Source of the DNA: Anthoceros angustus
Lineage: Eukaryota > Plantae > Anthocerotophyta
Length of the DNA: 64,000 nucleotides
Reading direction: 5' to 3'
NCBI GenBank assembly: GCA_010909165.1
Contig: MU008158.1
Span: 124,001-188,000, forward strand
Positions within the stretch are counted from its first letter, which is position 1, and the number at the start of each line of letters is the position of its first letter. Below, one piece after another: positions 25,255 through 35,899 of this stretch. The notes under the pieces were generated by a model. The model was given only the letters and a program-made list of their open reading frames with translations, had not been told where the DNA came from and did no database searches. The translations under genes were made by a program, and so were the position numbers.

Positions 25255-25365
25255 GACATCTTCTTCCTCCTCTTCTTCATCCTCCTCTTCTTCATCCTCC
25301 TCTTCTTCATCCTCCTCTTCTTCATCCTCCTCTTCTTCATCCTCCTTTTCTTCATCCTCTTCTCC
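25255..25365. repeat. 15-bp minisatellite (tcttcttcatcctcc)n
   Basis: Direct inspection; reads as poly-Ser on + and EEEDE repeats on -. Confidence 0.9.
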
Positions 25366-25420
25366 TCCATCGCCTTCTCCATCTCCTCCATCTCCTTCCT
25401 CGCCTTCTCCTCGTCTGGAG

Positions 25421-26623
25421 ATGGACGCGGCCGTATGGAGCAAGCTTCCGGAGGACTTTCTGGAGAGAGTCCTGGTGCGGCTGCCGCTGGTGACTCACCT
25501 CCGCTTCCGCGCCGTGTGCAAGCAGTGGCGGGCAACCCTATCGTCCCCGGCCTTCCTGCAGCAGCATCGCTTGGCCGCAACGGCCTCCCCTCCGCCAATC
25601 TGCCTGTGCCAGATCGAGTCCGGGTGGCCGAGGGAGCGGGCCACGCCTTGCGCGCTCCCCGCCTCCTCCCCCTCCCGGAGCTTCAAGCTGGATCTCTCCT
25701 TCCTCCCCCGCCGGGTGTCCTACCCTCGCCTCCACGACCACGGCCTCATCTGCTTCCGCGCCGAGCCACACCCGGAGCCTGAGCCAGAGGCGGAAGCCAT
25801 CTCCATCTCCATCCATGACCAGGACGAGGGCCAAGACCGGGACCAGGACATGATGCTGCTCTGCGTGTGCAACCCCCTCACCCGGACATGGAGGGAGCTC
25901 CCGGAGTTCGCCTCCCCCCGCTCTCACCAGCTCCGGGTAGCCCTGGCCGCGGACGCCATAGCCGGGTTCCAGGTGGTGGTTTTGCACGGCGAGGTTTCGG
26001 ACCAGTGTCAGCTGGACCGGAACCAGGGGGGGTGGAGCATCCGGAGCTGCGTTGGCGGGGGGGAGTGGAAGGTGAGTCGGGGAGATTCGCCTTGCCCGCT
26101 CCTCACCCGGAGCACCTTCGCGCTCTGCCGGGGGCGGCTCTTCGTGCTCGTCTTCGGAGTGCACTTCCTGCTGTACGCGCTGGACGGGCGGCTGCTGCAC
26201 AGATTCCACGTCCACAACCCCTGCATGCACCACGCGGCGCACCGGCTGGTGGAGCACCGCGGGGAGGTCTTCCTCTGCGGCCACTACCGGCTGGCCCCCG
26301 GGAAGCACCTCACGGTGCGGATATGGCGGCTGGAGCAGCGCCGGCTCGTGTTCCAGCAGGTGGCTGCTCTGCCCGAGCCGCAGGTGATGGAGCTGGTGCA
26401 GGGCTGGGACATGGCGGATGCCGATGTGGAGCTGCTCGACTGCCGCGCTGTCGGCGACTGCATTTGCCTCCACCTGGAAATCTACAATCTGGTGTCCGGG
26501 GTGGTGCGGAATTTGGTGCTCGCTTTCCACTGCGTCGCCGCGTCCTGGACCCTGTGTTCCATGGAGTACCTGCCTTACAAATCCCTCACCCTCTTCGAGC
26601 CGCGCCTCGATCTCTTCATTTGA
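25421..26623 (+). CDS. Intronless F-box protein with a C-terminal beta-rich (kelch/FBA-like) region; in-frame upstream extension to 25076 possible
   Basis: WSKLPEDFLERVLVRLP...LRFRAVCKQW F-box; GLICF, VCNPLTRTWRELP and RLVEHRGEVFL motifs typical of plant F-box proteins. Confidence 0.9.
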   Translation: MDAAVWSKLPEDFLERVLVRLPLVTHLRFRAVCKQWRATLSSPAFLQQHRLAATASPPPICLCQIESGWPRERATPCALPASSPSRSFKLDLSFLPRRVSYPRLHDHGLICFRAEPHPEPEPEAEAISISIHDQDEGQDRDQDMMLLCVCNPLTRTWRELPEFASPRSHQLRVALAADAIAGFQVVVLHGEVSDQCQLDRNQGGWSIRSCVGGGEWKVSRGDSPCPLLTRSTFALCRGRLFVLVFGVHFLLYALDGRLLHRFHVHNPCMHHAAHRLVEHRGEVFLCGHYRLAPGKHLTVRIWRLEQRRLVFQQVAALPEPQVMELVQGWDMADADVELLDCRAVGDCICLHLEIYNLVSGVVRNLVLAFHCVAASWTLCSMEYLPYKSLTLFEPRLDLFI

Positions 26624-27319
26624 TACAATTTTTCGCCATCCATGCTGCAAGTAAGCAATGCTGGGCTCGGCCCGGGCTGGTGTGGCAATGTGTTAGGTGG
26701 GCTCGGAATTATAAATCCGAGCAATGCAAAGTAAACCATGGCTCGAATTGCTTGGACTGACTTGATGCATATCATGATCGGAGAGATGCAAGTAAGGCAC
26801 TGGCTGGGACTGAAGGATGCAAGAGAGCAAGCAGACTGATGTAATATCAGCAATGAACGTAAGCTGTAGACTTTTCTTCTTCTATGGTGACTTGAGGCTG
26901 CTCGGATTCGTGTGATTCACTCTAATCCCTGCATTAGCGATGGTCCGACTCATTGCCAATTAGATAAGGGAAAGAACGGCAAATTTTGTTATTATCTACA
27001 AACAATGTGATCTATTTATTCATGCATACGGTCCTAGCAATATGATACTCTAGCAACGTAAGAAATAGATCATATTGCTGTGATTTCAGCAATTCAAGAA
27101 AATAATTATTATTATTAATATATTAGGATAAAATAAAAATAATATAATAAATATATTTGTTCTATCTAATCTAATCTAATCTAATCCATTCCCATCTTGC
27201 ATCATGTGATTTAAGTAATAGATCCTTATAAGCTGCTCGAGGATAGACCCTTGAGGGGTATGACGTTGGTGTCCCGCACCCAAATTGAGTATATGACATC
27301 ATATGAAGGAGTATGACAT

Positions 27320-27830
27320 CAATGTTCCATGCCCAATTAAATATAAGACATCGTGCCCAGGATTGTATAATGGAACTATGTATATACAAGGCACTTAAAT
27401 ACAGGACATCATCCCAAGGATTATATGATGGAATTACATATACGGCAAGGAACTTGAGTACTGGAGATCATGCCAAGGATTATGTGATGGAACTACATAT
27501 TCAGCAAGGATTTTGTAAAGGGAACTACATATAAGGCAACATAGTGACTACCTCTTTCAACAACTGCAACATTTTCTTGAGTTACTTGTGTCACACCTAA
27601 CACATCACCCGAGACCCAGTGTTGTTGTAACCAATGATGGAAAGTGACTGTTTTCTTGAGTTACTTGTGTCGCATCTAACACATCACCCAATACCCAAAG
27701 TTGTTGTAACCAATGATAGAAAGTGACAAACGGATGTTCCTACGACCTCGTGCCAGCGTTTGTTGTAACCCATGATAGAAAGTGACAAGCGGATGTTCCT
27801 ACGATTTCGTATCAATCTTACAGAAAGAGA
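27320..27830. repeat. AT-rich degenerate tandem repeats of two unit families
   Basis: ccaaggatt.t.tgatggaa.tacatat recurs in 27350-27530; gttgttgtaacc.atgat.gaaagtgac recurs in 27620-27790, including a 78-bp duplication at 27573/27651. Confidence 0.7.
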
Positions 27831-28603
27831 TGACCGACTTTCGTGCTCACCACGTCTTTCATTCTACCACGAATGATATTGAGGATGGAATTTGCGTCTA
27901 CGCTAAGGAAGTATCCATTCAAGTTTGTAAAATCCCAGCAAGAAAGAAATAATGGTAAGCAAGCATTCCTTCGGGCTTATATCGAATCTGAACATCAAAA
28001 AAAAAACGAGGAAGCATTCCTTGGATGTTATATCATATTTTATCAATGCAAAAAAATTACTATCATATTTGACCAAAGTAAAAAAATAATGCGCTTAAGA
28101 AATAACAACTAAACACTAAATAAAAAAGAATACGAAACCTGAACTTGGGGCCAAAGATAAATAGTGACATTAAAAAACGTATAGCTTCCTAATAGAATTT
28201 ACACTCACCCTTCTTATCCATCGCGTTATGATCTGTCTTTTGCAGAGAAACATTGCCAAGATACTATTGGGACCGTTGTTCTGCATGTAAAACCGATTTT
28301 TTTCTATACCTCCTTTCAGTATACAGTACAAGTGTGTTCCCACCAAGTGAACGTTCGGTTTAGCACCACCAGCATTTCCCTTGCGGATGGTAGGTGTGAG
28401 AAATCAGCAAAGTAGGGGCAAGATTTAGACTGTAGCGGACAAATAATTATCATTTGTTTGCTGTCCTTCAAAGCATGACCCATCTCACATCTATACCTCG
28501 GCAAAAATCAGTTGTGAGCAGCGAGCTGAGTGGTTTTTTCTGGCGCTAGCATTTTCAGAAAAGAAAAGTGCTAGCTCCAGATTCCGAAATGCTTTGGGAG
28601 TCA

Positions 28604-30067
28604 CTATCGAATTCGGGTCCAGGTTCTGTAATCCGTGCCCTGGCTCACAGCCACGCCAAAGCAGCCGTTCCTTTTGGTCCTGTCATTGCCCACATAGTAC
28701 AGCCTGAAGCTGCCGTCGTCAAGGCAAACGACATGAGGAGCCGCAACCATCCCATTGTCCCAGGCATCCTCGTCTCCTGCTCTGGCTGTGAAAATAGGGC
28801 CTCCAGGCTGTTTTCCCGAGGCCAAATCCTTCTCCCAGTGCACACCATCCGGGGAAGTGGCAAGGCCGATGCCATGGACACCGCTTCTGTCCACACCTTC
28901 ATAGAACAAGAGATATTGCTCTGCCGTCTTCACCACATGCCGTCGGCTCACCCCCCCCTCGTCCCAACACCCAGGCTCTCCAGCCTCCAGCACTTTGCCC
29001 AGTTTGTGCCATGACCTGCCGTCCAGGGAGGTGGCCACCCCGATGGAAGAGCGAGGGGGAGAAGATGGGTCGGAGCTGGCTTCCATGGAGCTGTAGGTCA
29101 TGAGCCATGTGAGCTGCTGGGATGATGGGGGGATCACTCTGGCCCATGCCACAAATGCCCCATCCCACTCTCCATCGCCGCCCACATCCAGCACCAGGTT
29201 GTCCCTCTCCCTCCAGAACTCCACCCCTCTCGCAGACCTCACCAGCCCTACTCTCATGCGCATGCCCCGCACCAGCCTACCATGCCCCAAAGACGCAGCC
29301 TCCAGAGACCCTCCCAAGTAGTACATCCACCACTCTCCGTCATGGTGAACCACATCGCTGCATCCGACATGCACGCAGTCGAAGACTGAAGGGTTCTGCT
29401 CGTCGGGATCCAGAATGGCTCCTTGTGGCAGAGCTCCCGAGAGCCTGGTCCAGCTCAACCCATCTTCGCTGAGAGCCATCCCCACTCTCCCGGTGGAGAG
29501 CAGTGCTGGGCTCACCCCGGAGTGCCAGCTGCTCCTGTCCCTGCCATAGTAGTACATCCTCCAAGGAGCCAGCTCTGCACTCGGATCCTTCACCACGATG
29601 GGATGGAACAGGCACGCACTATCCCACCACTCCACATCCTTGTCCTCGCACAGCCCGAACATCCTGCCTGCCCACCTACAAACAAATATACCATCTCCTC
29701 AGCCCATGTAGATGAAATTCCAACCCATCAACTACGTGTCCCTTCCTTTCTGACAGGAATCCCACCTGTGATTCGCAGCCACGCTGCTGCTTCCTAGGCA
29801 CTGCCTCCTCGTCCACATCCGCTGGTGGGTACAAGTATGCTGCGGTGATTTCCATCTCTGAGCAAAGAACCGCTCCGGGGCAATCCTCACTACTGGCCCG
29901 CTGTCGGGAAAGCAAAGGCTGTGCATCGTCGGAGTAGGGCCAACCTGGAGGGCTGTCATGTTTCCAGTCATCGGCCCGTTTCTAAACCGGCAACCATTGA
30001 TACCAGCCCAGAAAAAAGAGACGAGACTGGCGCTGTTCTGCCGGGCAGATGCTCGCCACCGGATCAT
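28604..30067 (-). CDS. Five-bladed beta-propeller glycoside-hydrolase-like protein (arabinanase/levansucrase/invertase superfamily), exons 29766-30067 and 28604-29675 (457 aa; start uncertain)
   Basis: Repeated blades: WRMYYYG..RVGMALSEDGLSWTR, IGVATSLDGRSWHK, IGLATSPDGVHWEK, WD..GV..HVV. A 90-nt GT-AG intron (29676-29765) joins the two ORFs in frame. Confidence 0.85.
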
Positions 30068-30448
30068 TCCTCACAGTCCCAGACCCCCAGCCGTAAGGGG
30101 ATGATCCTAACACAAGCACAAGGATCATCTGGACCAGCCTCTATTGCCCGAACCTTGGCCCCTTGGCTTGTGTGTGTAGGCAGTTGTAATTTGGCAGCGT
30201 ACATGGATGTACAAGACCATACCAGCAAGTTTTGCACTAGCAGGGCATAAAACAATCATAAATCATTAAGATAATCATTTTTTTGCAACCTATAAATTTC
30301 AGCCTTACATTATCTACCGGACGGACATTGAAATGGTTCCCTATTATGGTGTTTTATTGAGGGAAAAAACGATGGGAAAAAACTCATCCAGCACGAGACA
30401 ATGAAGGTAGACCTCAGGGATCAAGGTGAAAAAGAGCAACTAAGCTCC

Positions 30449-30865
30449 TTACCTAAAGTTACCTACTGCTCCTAGAACATCATATGCACGAAGAACAAAT
30501 GGCCTGCAAATGACGGAGGAAGAGGAAGAAGCGTCACTGGCCATCGCCGCCTTGTGAAGGATTGCCATCGAGAGGGCCCTTTGAAGGGCAATGGAGACTC
30601 GCTGTCTCAAGTAAGTTGTGAAATAAGAAAGGGACAACCCTGTGCCATGCCTGCGGGCGTGGTAGGATTTGGCACAGGACTTGAGAAATTGATCGAAGTT
30701 CGTAGCCATAGCTCCATATGTTTCAAGTGCGAGCGGAATAAAGAAGTGGTCCGCTTGCATCCCGCCATACTTTCTGACCTTGAGAGCCGCAGCATCGGCG
30801 GCAGCCCAACCAGGACGGTTAGTGTGGAATGGTATTTTGCGTCTAGAGACACAAGGAGGCCACAT
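30449..30865 (-). mobile_element. C-terminal restriction-like endonuclease (RLE) fragment of a CRE-like non-LTR retrotransposon
   Basis: AAADAAALKVRKY....FFIPLALETYG...YLRQRVSIALQR matches the RLE tail consensus AA..K..KY...F.P..ET.G...QR.S.ALQR. Confidence 0.75.
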
Positions 30866-31699
30866 TTATCCTCTATGTCGTTATAATCCTAGGATTCGAT
30901 CCCAAGGGAATGGTTTTGTGTCAAGGTGTTCCAAAACTATGGATTCTAGCCCTACTACGGTCAGTTCCTACCCAGCTGCAACCCACTACCACGTCCAAAC
31001 CCACCACCGTGGTAAGTTCGGCCACCGCCGTGGTGGACTCAGCCACGATGTGGCTCAACCACTGGCGGGACCCACCACCCTGCAGCGCCGCAGCCGCGTC
31101 TACTTGACACCCAGTTCTTCTGGCGTGATTCTAAGGGTTATAGTCTCACACACGGATTCACGCCTACTCCAGATCACCTGCAGGGGTATCCGCCCCAGAA
31201 CTCACGGCGGACGCCTACCTCGGCCACTCACGCCGCGGCGCCTCACTCCGTCACCGATTCGCTCCGTTTCCACCATTCACCCCACAGCCCTTCTCATATG
31301 CCGCGCTCCCCAAACTTTCACGTTCACCGCTCCCTAGTCTCCTTCTTACACGTCGACTCACTTCCCCTCTTCCTTCCTAAACTCTCGGACACCACCACAC
31401 ACAAGTTGCTCTCGCCAACCCCTTCTCAGGCCACACAGACCCTCCCCTGGGCCACATAGACCCCTACCTTGGGCCACACAGACCCCTCTCTTAGAGTTAG
31501 ACACAATGTGGTTAGACAGCGGGTTGGAAAGAAGGAGGGAAAAATGCTGGACAGCAAAATTTACCTGACGATCTACTTGGGACTCGTGGAAATCTTCTCC
31601 TTCCGGCGTCTTGTGCGCCATCACCGCTAGCCACCGGATCAGGAGCTTGGTCACTCACTCGACCACCCAAGGATCTTCCCGGCCCTCTTATGACGAGGC

Positions 31700-34360
31700 G
31701 GTAAAGAATGGCCTAGGATCGCATGTGTGCAATGCGTGATGATCGTGCAAGATGAAAGCAAGGAGACAAGAGCAAGTTGGGATGTAAGATGTTCAACTAA
31801 TGCACGAAAAGGTGTCTTATACAAAAAGCAGTTATTGGCGGTTGTGATTTATTGTGATTTATTAATTAACTAATAATAAAACTAAACCTAATTCTAATTG
31901 TGACTTAAATCACTATTATGTTTTAACACATTTTGTTCAAATAAGCTATATTCCATTACTCCCACTTAGTTGCAATTAGGAGTTAATTAATAAGCTTGAA
32001 AATATCTTGAAGATGAACTTCACTAGGAAGTGTACTCCCCTTTGTATAAGCAGGAAAAGAGTTTTGACAAGTGTGAAATAAACAATAAGGCTTCATCCAA
32101 TCACCAAGCCAAATAAAGGTGAGAATCAACCTAATGAGCTGTTCGTGCTTTGTTCACTGCAGGTATAGTTTGTAGCCCAGCTACCAAAGTATGCTTCTCA
32201 TGTTAGTACTAGCTTTGACAAAGCTTTGGTCAAAAGATCAGCCACATTCTCTAAAGTATCAACATAGTCCACTTTTACCTCTTTACGGTCTGCTGCTTGT
32301 CTTATAAAATGATGAGCAATCTCAATATGCTTGCTCCTAGCATGAAAAACCAGATTCTTCAATAAAGCAATGGCTGACTGATTGTCGTACCAAAGCTGAG
32401 TTGGTCCTTCATGAAGCTGCTTAAGTCCACATAAGAAAGATCGAATCCAAATAACCTCTCTAGAAGCTTGTGTCATAGCACCATATTCGCCTGTAGAGGA
32501 GAGACAAATAGTGGTGAGCTTTTACTAGACCAAGAAAATCGATCCACCTAAAAAGCGTCGGTGACACTACGTCTAGTGTGGGTCTCCATCAATCACAAAG
32601 GACATAAGGCGCAAACCATCGATTGCTTAGAAAACGTAAACCTTTGCGTCTTTGTTCCTTTGAGGTACCTAAAATCCTCTTCACCGCAGCCCAATGTGGC
32701 AAGCCGGGTTCTCTAAAATTGACTAACATTACTAATTGCGTGTAATGTCTAATCTAGTCCAACGATAGATAAATTAAACAACCAACACATCGATAAGGCT
32801 TGAGTGCCATCTCAACCTTTTCTTCTTGTTGTTGGGCATTGTTCCTTAGATAGCTTTTCACCTATAGACATAGGTGTCGTGATCATCCTCCATCTTGAAT
32901 CTCTTAAGTAGTTGATGTACAAAATGCTCTTGATGAATATCAATAGTATTATCACGGTGTTAAAATGAAATTGAACACCAAGAGAAAATGATAACCCCCA
33001 AATCAGTCATATCAAATCTTGCCAAAAGAACGCTTTTATTCTTGCCATAAGAGTTGGTGACGTGCTAAATAAAATATTGTCATCCACATAAGCAGTTAAA
33101 ATGATAAAATCATTGCCATCCCATAAAATATATACGCTGGTATCAACGTCGAAACATGTGAAACCCAATTCTATGAGCAATGCATGAAACACTTCATTCC
33201 ATGCACGGGAGGATTGTTTAAGACCATAAACATGAAGATTACACATACTTATCAACTGGCTTGGTGGTGTTCCTTCCTGTGGAGAGTGGTGGTGCTCCTT
33301 CATGTGGAGAGTGGTGGTGCTCCTTCCTGTGGAGAGTGGTGGTGCTCCTTCCTGTGGAGAGTGGTGGTGCTCCTTCCTGTGGAGAGTGGTGGTGCTCCTT
33401 CCTGGAGAGTGGTGGTGCTCCTTCCGTGGAGAGTGGTGGTGCTCCTTCCGTGGAGAGTGGTGGTGCTCCTTCACGTGGAGAGTGGTGGTGCTCCTTCCTG
33501 GAGAGTGGTGGTGCTCCTTCCGTGGAGAGTGGTGGTGCTCCTTCCACATGGAGAGTGGTGGTGCTCCTTCCGTGGAGAGTGGTGGTGCTCCTTCCACATG
33601 GAGAGTGGTGGTGCTCCTTCACGTGGAGAGTGGTGGTGCTCCTTCACAGAGTGGTGGTGCTCCTTCACATGGAGAGTGGTGGTGCTCCTTCACAGTGAGA
33701 GTGGTGGTGCTCCTTCACATGGAGATAGATGTTCCTTCACTGTGGAGAGTGGTGGTGTTCCTTCACATGGAGTGGTGGTGCTCCTTCACTGTGGAGAGTT
33801 GTGTTCCTTCTGTGTAGGACCTATCTTGGGAGTGGTTTCTTGAGGCGGTGCTCTCTTCTCGCGTATCTATATATTCAATCTTGATGTATGTGAGCTCCAC
33901 TATATTCAAATATCATATATCCATCACAAAGCTTCTATGCTATGTCATCGAGGCAATGATCTTGGCTAGGGCTCCTCTATCCTCAAGATGTTAAGCCTTA
34001 TATATCAAGGGAGCATATGAACTTATTATTTAAAGAGCCGGGATCTTTGTGTTGGCGAGAACTAGGGGTTGAAACCCTCGGTGGAATATGTGCGTCGTTG
34101 GCGGATAAATTGAAGATCCAGAAGGCATAGAACCTTTTGAGGATAAAGTGAAGATTGACAAGGCATGGTACATCTTGGGTGACATGAAGTTCTTAAGCTA
34201 TATGGAATGAGCCAATGGTTGGGAAGATATTTTCACATTCGAATCGAGGTGAAGATAAGGGGATGTTATCCAATTACAAGCTCATTATATTGGCGCTTTG
34301 AGTGCAGGTGCTACGTAGTTACATGTGCAGGAGTTACTCTTTTATATATTGGCTACTTGG
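31700..34360 (-). mobile_element. Degenerate copia remnant (copia-2): RT C-terminal half and RNase H
   Basis: YGLKQSSRAWN...AYVDD (33007-33240); YDNQSAIAL..NLVFHARSKHIEI..HFIR...NVADLLTKAL (32198-32476). The boundaries are approximate. Confidence 0.85.
33259..33810. repeat. 24-27-bp minisatellite (ggagagtggtggtgctccttc...)n, about 20 copies
   Basis: Direct inspection; it produces the EHHHSP/GAPPLST/ESGGAPS ORFs. Confidence 0.95.
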
Positions 34361-34363
34361 AGG

Positions 34364-34578
34364 GCTAGGCCCTAGATGTTACGGCTGAGTGTTATGCCAG
34401 AGGTGTTGCGTTTGAATGCTAGACCCTAGATGTTGCGGCTGAGTGTTATGCCCTAGGTGTTGCGGCTGATGCTGGGCCCTAGATGTTGCGGTTCAGTGTT
34501 ATGCCCTAGATGTTGCGGTTGAGTGTTATGCCCTAGGTGTTGCGGCTGAATGCTAGGCCCTAGATGTTGCGACTGAGT
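34364..34578. repeat. About 54-bp tandem repeat (ctaggccctagatgttgcggctgagtgttatgccctaggtgttgcggctgaatg), resuming at 61888-61940
   Basis: The same unit lies on both sides of copia-3, split at the TGAGT TSD. Confidence 0.85.
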
Positions 34579-34809
34579 TTTTAAATTATAAGAATATGCA
34601 GATTAAATCAACATGTTAATCAATTACATCTGAAATGTATATTAAAGAACATTAATAAATGAGTTCTAAAAGTGAGTTTTTAAATAAACTCAAAAGACAC
34701 GTCTAATGGGCGTAACCCTAACCAAGCGTTGTGACCTTATTAATCTCACTTAAGCTAACCAAACGTGCCCTAAATATAATCAGCATATGTATGCGAATAC
34801 TCTTTAACA
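34579..34809 (-). repeat. 3' LTR of copia-3 (231 bp)
   Basis: About 7 substitutions and 1 indel versus 61658-61887 by manual alignment; PPT AAGTGGGAG at 34810-34818. Confidence 0.93.
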
Positions 34810-35899
34810 CTCCCACTTGCTGATAATGATTTAGGTGTACGTTCCCGCGCATGGTACGCCGCCGCTCAGTCCTCGTGAACGTTACTTCAACTGCGTGTTA
34901 CGTCCCAAAGACATCTGTACACAGTTGCGCTCCACGTTCTCCAGCTGAGCATGATGAGTTCTGGTGGTGATGCCGCCGCTTACATAAAACTCAGCTGGTT
35001 CTTGTCTCTTGCATTGTCTGAGCTGCTGGAGCGTAGGATCTCGTGCCTTCTCTTCATCATGTCTTTTGGTTCTGATTCCGATGCTCCCAAGCACGCCGTC
35101 CTGGCGTGGCGCCCTAGGAAGATTTGCGACTAAGACAACTACGAGTGATCAAAGCGGGCGAAGGCTTCTTGTAGCAAAGCGGCGCCGGCGGGCGAGGGAC
35201 AACCAAAAAGGTCTTGGAGGCGGCGGGTTGAACTTGCAGTCGACAATATATGGACACTCATGAGTCTTCTCCGCCCACGTGGATACACCCCTCTGGTCAG
35301 AGTTCTGAACCTTGATTTTGCTTACTACGAAGATGGCCCGGCCGCAGTGTACAGTTCCCAAAGCCAAGGCCTGACTTCATGAAGACTCATATTGTCACTT
35401 GTGGGTCACTGAAGCATCCTTGCTCACCTCTACGGTATTTGGTGTGGGTCTTCTTGGCCCGAAGATCTGCGTGAAGGTCGAAGTGTGTGAGAACATCCAC
35501 ATCCATGTCCATGTCGACCGTCTGATGAAGTAGGCTATTTGCTTCTTATCTTGTATCAAGTCCTTTTGTTGCTGTTATCTTTTGCAGGATTACTTACAAT
35601 CTTCTTGTTTCTCGGTTTACATGCGAGTCTACTCTCAGACTCAGGGACGAGGCTAAGAAGGAAGAAAAGCTGAAAGTTGAAGAAACCCTCTCAAGAAAAG
35701 AGTACATCCTGGCTTTCCTGGAGATCAGTCACCTGGTGGCTGTCATAACCCTTACCCAATAGAAGATGAGTCTCCTTCCATCCCAACGATGCGGAGAGAT
35801 AGACTTTGGATACTCTGCTGATTTTGATGGCTATGAGTCACCGGTGTTCTAGGCTAGGTTTCTTGTTAGATTGTCTTGGATGAGAAGGCTTGTGCCTCT

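Noticed and set aside
25435-26760. Overlapping ORFs 25538..26650(-) and 25867..26760(+)
   Set aside because: Shadow frames of the GC-rich F-box CDS.
27545-27830. CRISPR-like array (repeats with variable intervening sequence)
   Set aside because: Eukaryotic context, no cas genes, degenerate repeats and non-unique spacers.
31680-31960. Precisely defined 3' LTR of copia-2
   Set aside because: A PPT-like AAGTGGGAG is present near 31960, but there is no partner LTR or TSD to fix the boundaries.
33007-33843. Long ORFs (EHHHSP, WWCSF, ESGGAPS repeats) as genes
   Set aside because: They are translations of a minisatellite in several frames.
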